64,000 bases of DNA, taken from Malacoraja senta. Its lineage: Eukaryota. Where the stretch lies: positions 7,938,001 through 8,002,000 of the forward strand of contig CM075994.1 in NCBI GenBank assembly GCA_038087875.1. Reading direction: 5' to 3'. The notes beneath the pieces were generated by a model. The model had not been told where the DNA came from and ran no database searches. It was given only the letters and a program-made list of their open reading frames with translations. The position numbers and the translations under genes were made by a program. Positions 11,690 through 24,554 of the stretch are shown piece after piece (the first letter of the stretch is position 1; every line of letters starts with the position of its first letter).

Positions 11690-14195
11690 CAAGTCAAGAG
11701 AGTTTATTGTCAAGTGTCCCAGGCAGGACAATGAAATTCTTGCTTGCTGCAGCACAACAGGATATTGTAGGCATAAATACAGATCAGATCAGTGTGTCCA
11801 TATACCATAGAATATATATACACACACACACATCAATAAGCAGATAAAGTGCAATAGGCTGTTATAGTTCAGAGTTTGTTTGAAGTTGTGTTTAATAGTC
11901 TGATGGCTGTGGGGAAGGAGCTGTTCCTGAACCTGGATGTTGCAGATTTCAGACTCCTGTACCTTCTACCTGATGGTAGCGGAGAGATGAGTGTGTGGCC
12001 AGGATGGTGTGGGTCCTTGATGATGCTGCCAGCCTTTTTGAGGCAGCGACTGCTGTTATCCACTTTGGTGGCAAAAACAGGAAAGCAGACTATTATCTAA
12101 ATGGTGGCCGATTAGGAAAAGGGGAGATGCAACGAGACCTGGGTGTCATGGTACACCAGTCATTGAAAGTAGGCATGCAGGTGCAGCAGGCAGTGAAGAA
12201 AGCGAATGGTATGTTAGCTTTCATAGCAAAAGGATTTGAGTATAGGAGCAGGGAGGTTCTACTGCAGTTGTACAGGATCTTGGTGAGATCACACCTGGAG
12301 TATTGCATACAGTTTTGGTCTCCAAATCTGAGGAAGGACATTATAGCCATAGAGGGAGTGCAGAGAAGGTTCACCAGATTGATTCCTGGGATGTCAGGAC
12401 TTTCATACGAAGAAAGACTGGATAGACTCGGCTTATACTCGCTAGAATTTAGGAGATTAAGAGGGAATCTTATAGAAACTTACAAAATTCTTATGGGGTT
12501 GGACAGGCTAGATGCAGGAAGATTGTTCCCGATGTTGGGGAAGTCCAGGACAAGGGGTCACAGCTTAAGGATAAGGGGGAAATCCTTTAAGACCGAGATG
12601 AGAAAAAACGTTTTCACACGGAGAGTGCTGAATCTCTGGAACTCTCTGCCACAGAGGGTAGTTGAGGCCAGTTCATTGGCTATATTTAAGAGGGAGTTAG
12701 ATGTGGCCCTTGTGGCTAAAGGGATCAGGGGGTATGGAGAGAAGGCAGGTACAGGGTACTGAGTTGGATGATCAGCCATGATCATATTGAATGGCGGTGC
12801 AGGCTCGAAGGGCCGAATGGCCTACTCCTGCACCTATTTTCTATGTATCTCTGTATCCCCTCGATGGTGGGGAGGTCAGAGCCGATGATGGACTGGGCAG
12901 TGGTCACAACGTTTTGCAGCCTATTCCGCTCCTGGACATTCAGGTTGCCGAACCAAGCCACGATGCAACCGGTCAGCATGCTCTCTGCTGTGCACCTGTA
13001 GAAGTTCGAGTGAGTCCTCCTTGACATACCGACTCTCCGTAAACTTCTCAGGAAGTAGAGGCGCTGATGTGCTTTCTTTATGATTGCATCCGTGTTCTGG
13101 GGCCAGGAGAGATCTTCGTAAATATGCACGCCCAGGAATTTGAAGTCCTTGACCCTTTCCACCATCGACCCGTTGATATAAACGGGACTGTGGGTCCCCA
13201 TCCAACCCCTTCCAAAGTCCAAAAATCAGTTCCTTGGTTTTGCTGGTGTTGAGAGCCAGGTTATTGTGCTGGCACCATTTGGTCAATCGGTCGATCTCAC
13301 TTCTATACTCTGACTCATCCCCATCAGTGATACGTCCCACAACAGTGGTGTCATCAGCGAACTTGATGATGGAGTTCACACTATTTCCGGCTACGCAGTC
13401 ATGAGTATAGAGTGAGTACAGCAGGGAGCTGAGCACGCAGCCTTGAGGTGCTCCCGTGCTGATTGTTATCGAGGATGACACATATCCACCAATACGAACA
13501 GACAGTGGTCTGTGAATGAGGAAGTCGAAGATCCAATTGCAGAGGGATGCGCAGAGACCCAGTTCTGAGAGCTTGGTAACCAGCTTGGAGGGGATGATGG
13601 TATTAATTGCCGAGCTGTAGTCAATGAATAACAGCCTGACATATGAGTTTTTGTTGTCCAAGTGGTCCAGTGCGGAGTGGAGAGCCAGTGAGATTGCATC
13701 CACCGTTGATCTGTTGTGGCGGTAAGCGAACTGCAGTGGGTCCAGTTTCTTGTCGAGATAGGAGTTGATTTGCGCCATGATCAACCTCTCAAAGCACTTC
13801 ATCACCACAGGCGTTAGTGCCTCAGGTCGATAGTCATTGAGGCACGTCACCTTGCTCTTCTTGGGCACTGGCATAATTGATGCCCTTTTGAAGCAGGTGG
13901 GAACCTCAGACCTCAGAAGTGAGAGGTTGAAAATGTCCGTAAAAACTCCAGCCAGTTGGTCCGCACAGGTTTTTAGAACACGACCGGGTATACCATCGGG
14001 TCCAGGCGCTTTCCGAGGGTTCACCCCTCTGAAGGATCTTCTGACGTCGGCCTCTGTGACTGTGACCGAAATGCCATCATGGCGAATGGGGGCTCGAGAA
14101 GGCACATCAGTGTTCACCCTATCAAAGCGTGCGTAAAACGCATTGAGCTCGTCAGGGAGTGATGCTAGGCTGACATTTGAGCTGCCTCCTGAGAG
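11690..14195 (-). mobile_element. Rex1/Babar LINE 3' half, interrupted by a CR1 fragment
   Basis: RT ORF 12921-14117 ([27 protein letters not shown]), C-terminal [11 protein letters not shown], (CTTGA)n tail near 11690. Confidence 0.9.
12056..12853 (+). mobile_element. 5'-truncated CR1 nested in Rex1
   Basis: IHFGGKN...RSHLEYCIQFWSP...TRGHSLRI...VNLWNSLP; CR1 3' tail. Confidence 0.9.
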
Positions 14196-14220
14196 AGTTC
14201 AGCAACTCTACCGAAGTGTG

Positions 14221-15665
14221 CGATAAAGCTGAATTATGTTAAAAATATAAGAAAAGCTTACAGCTATATTTAGTCTCAAATCAGGCTTTTCTCCAGTAGA
14301 ATAATACAGAAAGGCAAGTTAAGTTGCCTCAGGTTTCGGGGTATTGAGATAATGAATACTATAACATTTGTCTCCCAAGTGACGAGAGAGGAAGCAGAGA
14401 AGAAGCTATGATAAGCTATGATATGTAAAATGCCTTGTACCAAATGTCCGATGTTTACGAGGGAGGAGGTGATGAGAGAGGAACCAGGGAAGTGGAAAGA
14501 TAAGATGCCATAAACCAAATGGCCTATGTTTATGAGGGACCAAGTGACAGAGAGGAAGCAGCGAAAGAGCTAGGGTGATCTCTTTGAAGATAAAATGACC
14601 TAAAACAAATGGCCAATGTTTTTAGTATATCTTGTACCATGTAAACAAAAGGCCTTTGATGTGATGCATTCTGTGGAAACCTTTTCCTGTACCTCTGACC
14701 ATGACTAATGTCTGTGGAATGTGCTAAGGGGACAAAAAAAAACTATTTAAGACAATGTAATTCTGTTGGTACACAAAAATGCTGGAGAAACTCAGCGGGT
14801 GCAGCAGCATCTATGGAGCGAAGGAAATAGGCAACGTTTCGGGCCGAAACCCTTCTTCAGACTGATAGGGGGTGGGGAGAAGAAAGGAAAAAAGGAAAAG
14901 GCGGAGGAGGAGCCCGAGGGCTGCGGGAGGGGAGGAGACAACCAGATGGCTGATGAAGGGGAGGGGACAGCCAGGGCTAGCAGAATTGGGAGAATTCAAT
15001 GTTCAGGCCACCAGGATGTAGACTGCCCAAGCGGAATATGAGGTGCATTTCCTCCAATTTACGGTGTTGCTCGCTGTGGCCATGGAGGAGACCCAGGACA
15101 GAGAGGTCAGATACGGAATGGGAGGGGGAGTTGAAGTGCTGATCCACCGGGAGTTCAGGTTGGTTATTGCGGACCGACCGGAGGTGTTCGGCGAAACGAT
15201 CGCCAAGCCTCCGCTTGGTCTCACCGATGTAGATCAGCTGGCATCTAGAGCAGCGAATGCAATAGATGAGGTTGGAGGAGATGCAGGTGAACCTCTGTCG
15301 CACCTGGAACGACTGCTTGGGTCCTTGAATGGAGTGGAGGGGGGAGGTGAAGGGACAAGTGTTGCATCTCTTGCGGTTGCAAGGGAAAGTACCAGGGGAG
15401 GGGGTGGTATGGGAGGGAAGGGAAGAATTGACAAGGGAGTTACGGAGGGAGCGGTCTTTGCGGAAGGCAGACAATGTAATTCTGTTGTTCAGAGAAGGGG
15501 ACCGAGGACAGTCGAGTGTCTACATTGGTCACTTAGCTGGAATTCTCGCTCCCTTCCATCGGCCGATGTTAAGTAAAGTTTTGAACTGGTCTACCAAACG
15601 TTTTTGTGTGTTGTCTGTTTATTAAGAAGCGAACCTGTTTAGTTGTTATAAAAGTAACTTTTTCA
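14221..15665 (+). mobile_element. Probable solo LTR split by a Penelope insertion
   Basis: Imperfect terminal inverted ends (cgataaagc... / ...actttttca), flanking TGTG duplication, internal ~80-bp repeats, TATTTAA and AGTAAA. Confidence 0.5.
14769..15470 (-). mobile_element. Penelope-like (Neptune-type) 3' fragment with GIY-YIG endonuclease
   Basis: CNRKRCNTC linker, NLIYCIRCSRCQLIYIGETKRRLGDRFAEH; duplication agacaatgtaattctgttg at 14750-14768 and 15469-15487. Confidence 0.9.
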
Positions 15666-16354
15666 TGTGCTCCGCCATTCAATCATGGCTGCATCTCGAA
15701 ACTAAACTGAAGTTTTTGTCTTTAGTTTTAGAGATAAAGCGCGGAAACAGGCTCGCCGAGTCCGCGCCAACCAGCGATCCCCGCACATTAACACTATCCC
15801 ACACACACCAGGGACAATTTACATTTACACCAAGCCAATTGACCCACAAACCAGCACGTCTTGGAGTGTGGGAGGAAACCGGAGATCCCGGAGGAAACCC
15901 ACGCAGGTCACGGGGAGAACGTACAGACAAGTACCTGGGGTCAGGATCGAACCCGGGTCTCTGGCGCTGTGAGGCAGCAACTCTACCACTGCGCCACCGT
16001 GCTGCCCTTTATCTCCAGAGATGCTGCCTGGCCCGCTGAGTTACTCCAGCATTTTATGTCTATCCCTATGACATAGGAGCTAAATTAGGCCATTCAGCCC
16101 ATCGAGTCTGCAGCCCCGTTTGGTCACGGCTGCATCGCTAAACTAAGTTTTTAGTCGTAGGGCTACAGTGCCGAAACAGGCCCTTCGGCCCACTGAGTCC
16201 GCGCCGACCAGCGATCCCCGCACACTAACACCGTCCTAGACTAGGGACAATTTACACATATCCGTAGTCAGGATCGAACCTTGGTCTCTGGCTCTGTGAG
16301 GCAGTAACACTACCACTGCACCATCGTTCAGCCCTTTATCTCCAGAGATGCTGC

Positions 16355-17020
16355 ATGACCCTCCCCGGGTACTTTCCCCTGCAACCGCAGGAGATGCAAC
16401 ACCTGTCCCATCACCTCCCCCCTCGACTCCATCCAAGGGCCCCAAGCAGTCTTTCCAGGTGAGGCAGAGGTTCACCTGCACCTCCTCCAACCTCATCTAC
16501 TGCATCCGCTGTTCCAGGTGTCAACTTATCTACATCGGCGAGACCAAGCGCAGGCTTAACCTACCTGATCTCCCGGTGGCTCAGCACTTCAACTCCCCCT
16601 CCCATTCCCACACTGACCTTTCTGCCCTGGGCCTCCTCCACTGTCAGAGTGAGGCCCAGCGCTAATTGGAGGAACAGGACCTCATATTTTGCTTGGGTAG
16701 TTTACACCCCAGCGGTATGAACATTGACTTCTCTAGCTTCACATAGCCCTTGCTTTCCCTCTCTCTCTCCATCCCCTCCCCCTTCCCAGTTCTCCCACTA
16801 GTCTTACTGTCTCCGACTACATTCTATCTTTGTCCCGCCCCCCTCCTCTGACATCAGTCTGAAGAAGGGTCTCGACCCAAAACGTCACCCATTCCTTCTC
16901 TCCACAGATGCTGCCTCACCCGCTGAATTACTCCAGCATTTTGAGTCTACCTTTGATTTTAACCAGCATCTGCAGTTCTTTCTTCCACATGCTGCATGAC
17001 CCGCTGAGTTCCTCCAGCAT
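16355..17020 (+). mobile_element. Penelope-like 3' fragment
   Basis: QRFTCTSSNLIYCIRCSRCQLIYIGETKRR plus the 3' tail. Confidence 0.85.
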
Positions 17021-17184
17021 TTTATGTCCATCGTTACTATCCTATATACGCTAGGGACAATTTACAGTCGACATCATGGGCATGGGACCAGGTTAGGCTA
17101 GTCTAGTCCGCGCTGCCATTCGATCGTGGCTGCACCTCTAAACTCAACTAAAGTGGGAAGGGGAGAGAAGGTGGAGTTACTTAC

Positions 17185-17433
17185 ACGTCCAGTAGGACTT
17201 TGGCCATTTCCTCGTCGGTCTTCAGGTCGAGACGGGCTTTCAGACATCTCCATCGCTCCTGCTGCTCTCCGATGAAGATCTCGGCCCTCCAGGGTCTCCC
17301 GCCGCCAGGGTCAACCGCCGCCAACGGCAGCCTCGCCAGCCGCACCCGCTCGCCCTCCTGCCCGCGGTGACCACCTTCGCACGCCACCATGGCGGGTGCG
17401 TGCCGACTGCCGCTGGCACCGTGCCTGGTATTT
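17185..17433 (-). CDS. Same gene, coding exon 4 (R-NTRHGASGSRHAPAMVACEGG...EIFIGEQQERWRCLKARLDLKTDEEMAKVLLD-V); motif copy 2
   Basis: Acceptor tgtccgctcttgcag|, canonical donor GT|gtaagt; 249 nt, phase 2/2; C-terminal part aligns with exon 1. Confidence 0.8.
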
Positions 17434-17639
17434 CTGCAAGAGCGGACAGCACAGCTCGTTTTCTTACGGGAATGAAAAATCCTTTTATTCCATGAGTCAC
17501 GTGGATCGGCGCGTCACCAACAACCCTCGCCAACTTCTACAGGAGCGCCGCGGAAAGCGTGTTGCCGGGATATATCGCAGCTGGGAACGGCTCCATCCAA
17601 GACCGCAAGAAATTGCAGGGTTGTGGATCGTCGTATATG

Positions 17640-19190
17640 TATCGTTGTACAGGGCCCTAGTGAGACCACACCTGGAGTATTGTGTGCAGTTTTGGTCCCC
17701 TAATTTGAGGAAGGACCTTCTTGCTATTGAGGGAGTGCAGCGTAGGTTTACAAGGTTAATTCCTGGGATGGCGGGACTGACATATGCTGAGAGAATGGAG
17801 CGGCTGGGCTTGTATACTCTGGAGTTTAGAAGGATGAGAGGATATCTTATTGAAACATATAAGATTAAGGGTTTGGACACACTAGAGGTAGGAAACATGT
17901 TCCCGATGTTGGGGGAGTCCAGAACCAGGGGCCACAGTTTAAGAATAAGGGGTAAGCCATTTAGAACAGAGACGAGGAAACACTTTTTCTCAGAGAGTTG
18001 TGAGTCTGTGGAATTCTCTGCCTCAGAGGGCGGTGGAGGCCAGTTCTCTGGATGCTTTCAAGAGAGAGCTAGATAGGGCTCTTAAAGATAGCGGAGTCAG
18101 GGGATATGGGGAGAAGGCAGGAACGGGGTACTGATTGGGGATGATCAGCCATGATCGCATTGAATGGCGGTGCTGGCTCGAAGGGCCGAATGGCCTACTC
18201 CTGCACCTATTGTCTATTGTCAGTCCCGCCATCCCGGGAATTAACCTGGTGAACCGACGCTGCACTCCCTCAACAGCAGGGCCTTGGTGAGACCGCACCT
18301 GGAGTGTTGTGTACAGTTTTGGTCTCCTAATTTGAGGAAGATCATTTGTGCTATGGGACTGGCATATGATGAAAGAATGGATCGACTGGACTTATATTCA
18401 CTGGAATTTAGAAGGATCGGAGGGGATCTTACAGAAACACAGAAAATTCTTCAGGGATTGCACAGGCTAGATGCAGGAAATATGGTCCCGATCTTGGGGG
18501 AGTCCAGAGCCAGGGGTCACACAGTTTAAGAATAAGGGGTAGGCCTTACTCATAAGGAGTAAGAGTTATTTAGAAACATAGAAAACAGGTGCCTGAGTAG
18601 GCCATTCGGCCCTTCTTGCCAGCACCACCATTCAATATGCTCAGGGCTGATCATCTAAGATCAGTACCCCATTCCTGCTTTTTCCCCATATTCCTTCAGC
18701 CCCAAGAGCTAAATCTAACTCTCTCTTGAAAACATCCAGTGAATTGGCCTCCACTGCCTGTGGCAGAAAATTCCACAGATTCACAACTCTCTAGGTGAAA
18801 AAGCTTTTCCTCATCTCAGTCCCAAATGGCCTACCCCTTATTCTTAAACTGTGACCCCTGGTTCTGGACTCCCCCAACATCAGGAACATTTTTCCAGCAT
18901 TTAGCCTGTCCAATTTTATATGTTTCTATAAGACTCCCTCTCATCCTTCTAAATTCCAGTGATTATAAGCCCAGTTGACACATTCTTTCATCATATGCCA
19001 GTCCCGCCATCCCGGGAATTAACCTGGTGAACCTACGCTGCACTCCCTCAATAGCACGAATGTCCTTCCTCAAATTAGGAGACCAGAACTGCACACAATA
19101 CTCCAGGTGCGGTCTCATCAGGACTCTGCTATTGAGGGAGTGCAGCGTAGGTTCACCTGGTTAATTCCTGGGATGGCGTGACTCACATAT
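17640..19190. mobile_element. Cluster of CR1 3' fragments in both orientations
   Basis: RPHLEYCVQFWSP, QRRFTRLIPGM and TRGHSLRI peptides on both strands. Confidence 0.85.
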
Positions 19191-19759
19191 GACGATCCAC
19201 AACTCTCTGCAGTTTCTTGCGGCCTTGGATGGATCCGTTCCCGAACCGTGCTGTGATGCATCCTGATAACATGCTTTCCATGGCGCATCCGTCGAAGTTG
19301 GTGAGAGTTGTTGGGGACATGCCAAACTTAGTTTAGTTTAGTTTAGAGATACAGCGCGGAAACAGGCCCTTCGTCCCACTGGGTCAGTGCCGACCAGCGA
19401 TCCCCGCATATTAACACTACCCTACACCCACTAGGGACAATTTTTACATTTACACCAAGCCAATTAACCTACAGACCTGTACGTCTTTGGAGTGTGGGAG
19501 GAAACCGAAGATCTCGGAGAAAACCCACGCAGGTCATGGGGAGAACGTACAGACTCCGTACAGACAGCGCCCGTAGTCGGAATCGAACACGGGTCTCCAG
19601 CGCTGCATTTGCTGTAAGGCGGGAACTCTACCGCTGCGCCACCGTGACCGCCCTAAGCTTTCTAAGGAAGTAGAGGCGGTGGTGGAGTCCATTTTACCAA
19701 GCCGATTAACCTGCAACCCGGTATATCTTTGTAGCCTGCTGTTAAACGTGGCACAGTAC

Positions 19760-19901
19760 CTGCCTGATCGCGACCTCCTGCCCTTGGGCTTCGTGTCGTC
19801 GGGGCGACTTTTCTGCCACGGTGGAGGTCGGGCAACGAGCCTTCGCATTTTGCCCGCAGTTGGCGTGGGCCAGAAGGGGCTGGCGTCGTGGACAGAGTCA
19901 C
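19760..19901 (-). CDS. Same gene, coding exon 3 (G-DSVHDASPFWPTPTAGKMRRLVARPPPWQKSRPDDTKPKGRRSRSG-R)
   Basis: Acceptor tgtccttgtcttgaag|, donor CAG|gtactg; 142 nt, phase 1 in / 2 out, open and compatible with both neighbours. Confidence 0.7.
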
Positions 19902-19964
19902 CTTCAAGACAAGGACAGACAGCAAACCATCAGGCATCATCCGCAATCCACTGGGCGCAATTTT

Positions 19965-20505
19965 CCATAGACAATTGGTGCAGGAGTAGGCCATTCGGCT
20001 CTTCGAGCCAACACCATGGGTGATCATGGCTGATCATCCCCAATCAGTACCCCGTTCCCTTCTCCCCATATCCCTTGACTCTGCTATCTTTAAGAGCTCT
20101 ATCTAACTCTCTCGAAAGCATCCAGAGAATTGGCCTCCACTGCCTTCTGAGGCAGAGAATTCCACAGATTCACAACTCTCTGGATGAAAACGTTTTCCTC
20201 ATCTCCGTACTAAATGGCCTACCCCTTATTCTTAAACTGTGGCCCCTGGTTCTGGATTCCCCCAACACCGAGAACATGTTTCCTGCCTCTAGTGTGTCCA
20301 ATCCCTTAATAATTTTATATGTTTCTATAAGATTCCCTCTCATCCTTCTAAATTCCAGTGTATACAAGCCCAATTGCTCCATTCTTTCAACATGTGACAG
20401 TCCCGCCATCCCGGGAATTAACCTTGTGAATCTACGCTGCACTCCCTCAATAGCAAGAATGTCCTTCCTCATATTTGGAGACCAAAATGGGACACAATAC
20501 TCCAG
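19965..20505 (-). mobile_element. CR1 3' fragment
   Basis: HLEYCVPFWSP...TRGHSLRIRG. Confidence 0.85.
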
Positions 20506-20599
20506 GTGACTTTCGTCAATTGAAATGAAAAATGTCACGGGCGCAGCGGTAGAGCTGCTGCCTTGCAGCTCCAGAGATCCGGGTTCGATCCGGACCACG

Positions 20600-21452
20600 G
20601 GAGGAACCCGTGTAGGTGGGGCAAGTTAGTCTGCATGGGCAAGTTAGGCCGAAGGGCTTGTTTCCCCACTGTAAAGTCTGAAGGATACAAGTCAAACACG
20701 GGCAGGTAGGACCAGTGCACGGCATGAGCAAGTTGGGCCGAAGGGCCTGTTTCCATGCTCTAGAGCCTAAATTATATGGGTCAAACATGGGCAGGTGGGA
20801 CTAGTGTAGGTGGGGCACCTTAGTAGGCATGGGCAAGTTGGGTTGAATGCCCTGTTTCCACGCTGTAAACTCTAAAGTCTAAAGGATATGGGTCATACTC
20901 AGGCAGGTGGGACCAGTGCAGGTGAGGCAAGTTGGTCGGAATGGACAGGTTGGGCCGAAGGGCCTGTTTCCATGCCGTAACCTCTACAATGTAATGGATA
21001 TGGGTCAAACGCGGGCAGATGGAAGATGTGCATGTAGGTCGGCATGGACAAGTAGGGCCGAAGGGCAGGCTTCCACACTGTAAAATCTAAAGCATGGGTA
21101 GGTGGGACTCATGTAGGTGGGGCATGTAGGTCGGCATGGGCAAGTAGGGCCGAAGGGCAGGCTTCCACACTGTAAAATCTAAAGCATGGGTAGGTGGGAC
21201 TCATGTAGGTGGGGCATGTAGGTCGGCATGGGCAAGTAGGGCCGAAGGGCAGGCTTCCACACAGTAAAATCTAAAGCATGGGTAGGTGGGACTCATGTAG
21301 GTGGGACATGTAGGTCGGCATGGGCAAGTCGGGCCGAAGGGCAGGTTTCCACGCTGTAAAGTCTAAAGCATGAGTAGGTGGGACTCATGTAGGTTGGGCA
21401 TGTAGGTCGGCTTGGGCAAGTTGGGCCGAAGGGCCTGTTTGTACGCTGTAAC
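20600..21452 (+). repeat. Minisatellite derived from the CR1 3' tail (~90-bp units)
   Basis: Repeated ggtgggact..tgtaggtggggcatgt.ggtcggcatgggcaagt.gggccgaagggc. Confidence 0.85.
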
Positions 21453-21574
21453 CTCTGAAGCAACTGAAGGTGACAGAGTCGACGTTGGCGGAGGTTGGGT
21501 TCGTAGCGGAGGAGGTTGACCGGCTCGGCGCCCAGTCCCGCTGGGACGGTTCCCACGCTCGCCGCGGAGCCCAC

Positions 21575-21675
21575 CTCCCCCGTGCGTTGCGCGGGTCACC
21601 GCTACGGCCTCAGTGGAGGGGTCGTCCAGCTCAGTCTGGCCGGGACGGGCATGGCACATGTGGACCTTCACAAAC
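21575..21675 (-). CDS. Same gene, coding exon 2 (V-FVKVHMCHARPGQTELDDPSTEAVAVTRATHGG-G)
   Basis: Acceptor ctttctgttgcag|G; phase 2 in; donor GGAG|gtgggc gives phase 1 out (donor position less certain); unique GC-rich island among repeats. Confidence 0.65.
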
Positions 21676-21744
21676 CTGCAACAGAAAGATGCAATGATGA
21701 AGAAAGCACATCCACCCTTCCACTTCCCGAGAAGAGTGCGCAGA

Positions 21745-22960
21745 CTCATAGAGTGATACAGTGTTGAAACAGGCCCTTTGGCCCAACTTGCCCACACCGG
21801 CCAACATGTCCCATTTACACTAGTTCCACCTGCCTGTGCTTGGTCCATATCCCTCCAAACCTGTCCTATCCATGTACCTGTCTAACTGTTTCTTAAACAT
21901 TGGATAGTCCCAGCTCCTCTGGCAGCTCGTTCCATACACCCATCACTCTTTGTGTGAAAAAGTTACCCCTCAGATTCCTATTAAATCTTTTCCCTTCACC
22001 TTGAACCTATGTCCTCTAGTCCTCGATTCCCCTAGTCTGGGCAAGAGGCTCTGTGCATCTACCCGATCTATTCCTCTCATGATTTTAAACACCTCAATAA
22101 GATCACCCCTCATCCTCCTGCGCTCCAAGGAATAGAGTCGCAGCCTGTCCTCTTGTCTCTCCCTCCCGCCCTTCCTACGCACCCCCTTTCCTGAACCCCT
22201 CATGCTACCTCCCTCCCCTCTCTTCTTCCCTTCCATTCCTCTCCTCCACCACACACTGTTCTCCCTTCCCCCTCTACCCCTTCCCCCCTCCATTCCCCTC
22301 CTGCCCTCCCTCCCTGCCTCCCTCCCTGCCTCCCCTCCAACTCCAGAGGAGTTGAGTTTAGGAGCAAGGAGGTCCTACTGCAGTTGTACAGAGCCCTGGT
22401 GAGACCACACCTGGAGTATTGTGTGTAGTTTTGGTCTCCTTGTTTGAGGGACATTCTTGTTATTGAGGGAGTGCAGCGTAGGTTCACCAGGTTAATTCCC
22501 GGGATGGCGGGACTGTCATATGATGAAAGAATGGATCGACTGGGCTTGTATTCACTGGAATTTAGAAGGATGAGAGGTGATCTTATAGAAACATATTAAA
22601 TTCTTAAGGGATTGGACTGGCTAGATGCAGGAAACATGTTCTCCATGTTGGGAGCGTCCAGAACCAGGGGTCACACAGTTTAAGAATAAGGGGTCGGCCA
22701 TTTAGGACCGAGATGAGGAAAAAAAAATTCACCCAGAGAGTTTAATCTGTGGAATTCTCTGCCACAGAAGGCAGTGGAGGCCAATTCACTGGGATGTTTT
22801 CAAGAGAGTTAGATTTAGCTCTTTGGGCTAACAGAATCAAGGGATATGGGGAGAAAGCAGGAACGGGATACTGGTTCTGGATGATCAGCCATTGGATGGC
22901 GGTGCTGGCTCAAAGGGCTGAATGGCCTCCTCCTGCACCTGTTGTCTATTGTCTATGTTT
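21745..22960. mobile_element. Two CR1 3' fragments (- then +)
   Basis: CR1 ORF2 C-terminal peptides and 3' tails. Confidence 0.8.
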
Positions 22961-22964
22961 CTGT

Positions 22965-24550
22965 TTCACTGTTCCCACTCTCCCTCCTCGCCTCCCCTCC
23001 CCTACTCTCCCTCATCCCTGTAAACAATTTCCCCTCCCTCTGACCCTTGCTCTATCACTCTCCTCCATCCTACCCCCTCGTTTCCTCCCCTCCCTCTCCT
23101 CACTCGCTGTCTCCCTCCACCCTCCCTACCCCTACAACACTCCCCCCTTCCCTCTCCCACTCCATCCCTCCCAACCCTGCAACACGCTCTCCCCTCCATT
23201 CCCCTCCTCCAACACCCACTATCCCTCCTCCCCTCCCCTCTGTCCCTCCTTTCCTCCAACAGCCTCCTCCATCTACCCCCTTCTTCCTCCCCTCCTTTCC
23301 CCTCCCAACACCCACTTTCCCTCCTCCCCTCCATACCCTCTGTCCCTCCTTTCCTCCAACACCCTCCTCCATCTCCCCCCCTGTCCCTCCTCTTCTTCCT
23401 CCTCCCTCGCCCCATCCAACACTCACTGTCCCTGCTCCCTCCCCCTCCAAACACCCACTATCCTCCCTCCTCCTATTACCCCTCCCTCCACCTCTCTCCC
23501 CTCCCCCCCCCTCTCCACCCCACCCTCCCTCCCTCCTCCCCCCTCCCTCCTCCCCTCCTCTCTTCCTCCTCCTCCACTCTCCTTCCATCACCCTCTCTTC
23601 CTCCCTCCTCCACTCTCCCACTCTCCTCTCTTCCACTCCCTCTCTTCTCCCTCACTCCTCTCTCCTCCCTCACTCCTCCCTCCTCCACCCTCCCTCCTCC
23701 ACTCTCCCGCCTCCACTCTCCCTCCTCCACTCTCCCTCCTCCACCCTCCCTCCTCCACCCTCCCTCTCCCTCCTCCACTCTCCCTCCCTCTCCCTCCTCC
23801 ACTCTCCCTCCTCCACTCTCCCCCCTCCCTCCTCCACTCTCCTCTCTTCAACTCTCCTCTCCTCCACTCTCCCTCTCTTCCTCCCTCCTCTCTTCCACTC
23901 TCCCTCCTCCACCCTCCACCCTCCCTCTCCCTCCAATCTCCTCCACCCTCCACCCTCCCTCCTCCACCCTCCCTCCTCCACCCTCCTCCACTCTCCCTCC
24001 TCCACTCTCCACCCTCCCCTCACCCTCCTCCACTCACCCTCCCTCCTGCACTCTCCCACCTCCACTCTCACTCTGCCTCCTCCACTCTCACTCTCCCACC
24101 TCCACTCTCCCTCCTCCACCCTCCCTCCTCCACTCTCCTCTCTTCAACTCTCCCTCCTCCACCCTCCCTCCTCCACCCTCCCTCCTCCACTCTCCTCTCT
24201 TCAACTCTCCCTCCTCCACCCTCCCTCCTCCACCCTCCCTCCTCCACTCTCCTCTCTTCAACTCTCCCTCCTCCACCCTCCCTCTTCCACTCTCCCTCCT
24301 CCACTCTCCCTCTCCCTCCTCCACCCTCCCTCCTCCACCTCTGTCCCTCCACCCTCCACTCACCCTCCCTCCTCCACTCACCCTCCCCTCTCCACTCTCC
24401 CTCCTCCACTCTCCTCCACCCTCACTCTCCTCCTCCCCTCCACACTCCTCCCTCTCCACTCTCCCACACTCTTCTCCTCCTCCCCCTCCACTCACCCTCT
24501 CTTCCTCCTCCTCCACCCTCCCTCCCCTCTCCTCTCCCCTCCCCCCTCTC
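22965..24550. repeat. 1.6-kb C/T-rich low-complexity tract in intron 1
   Basis: Nearly pure C/T with ctccactctccctc units. Confidence 0.95.
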
Positions 24551-24554
24551 TCAC

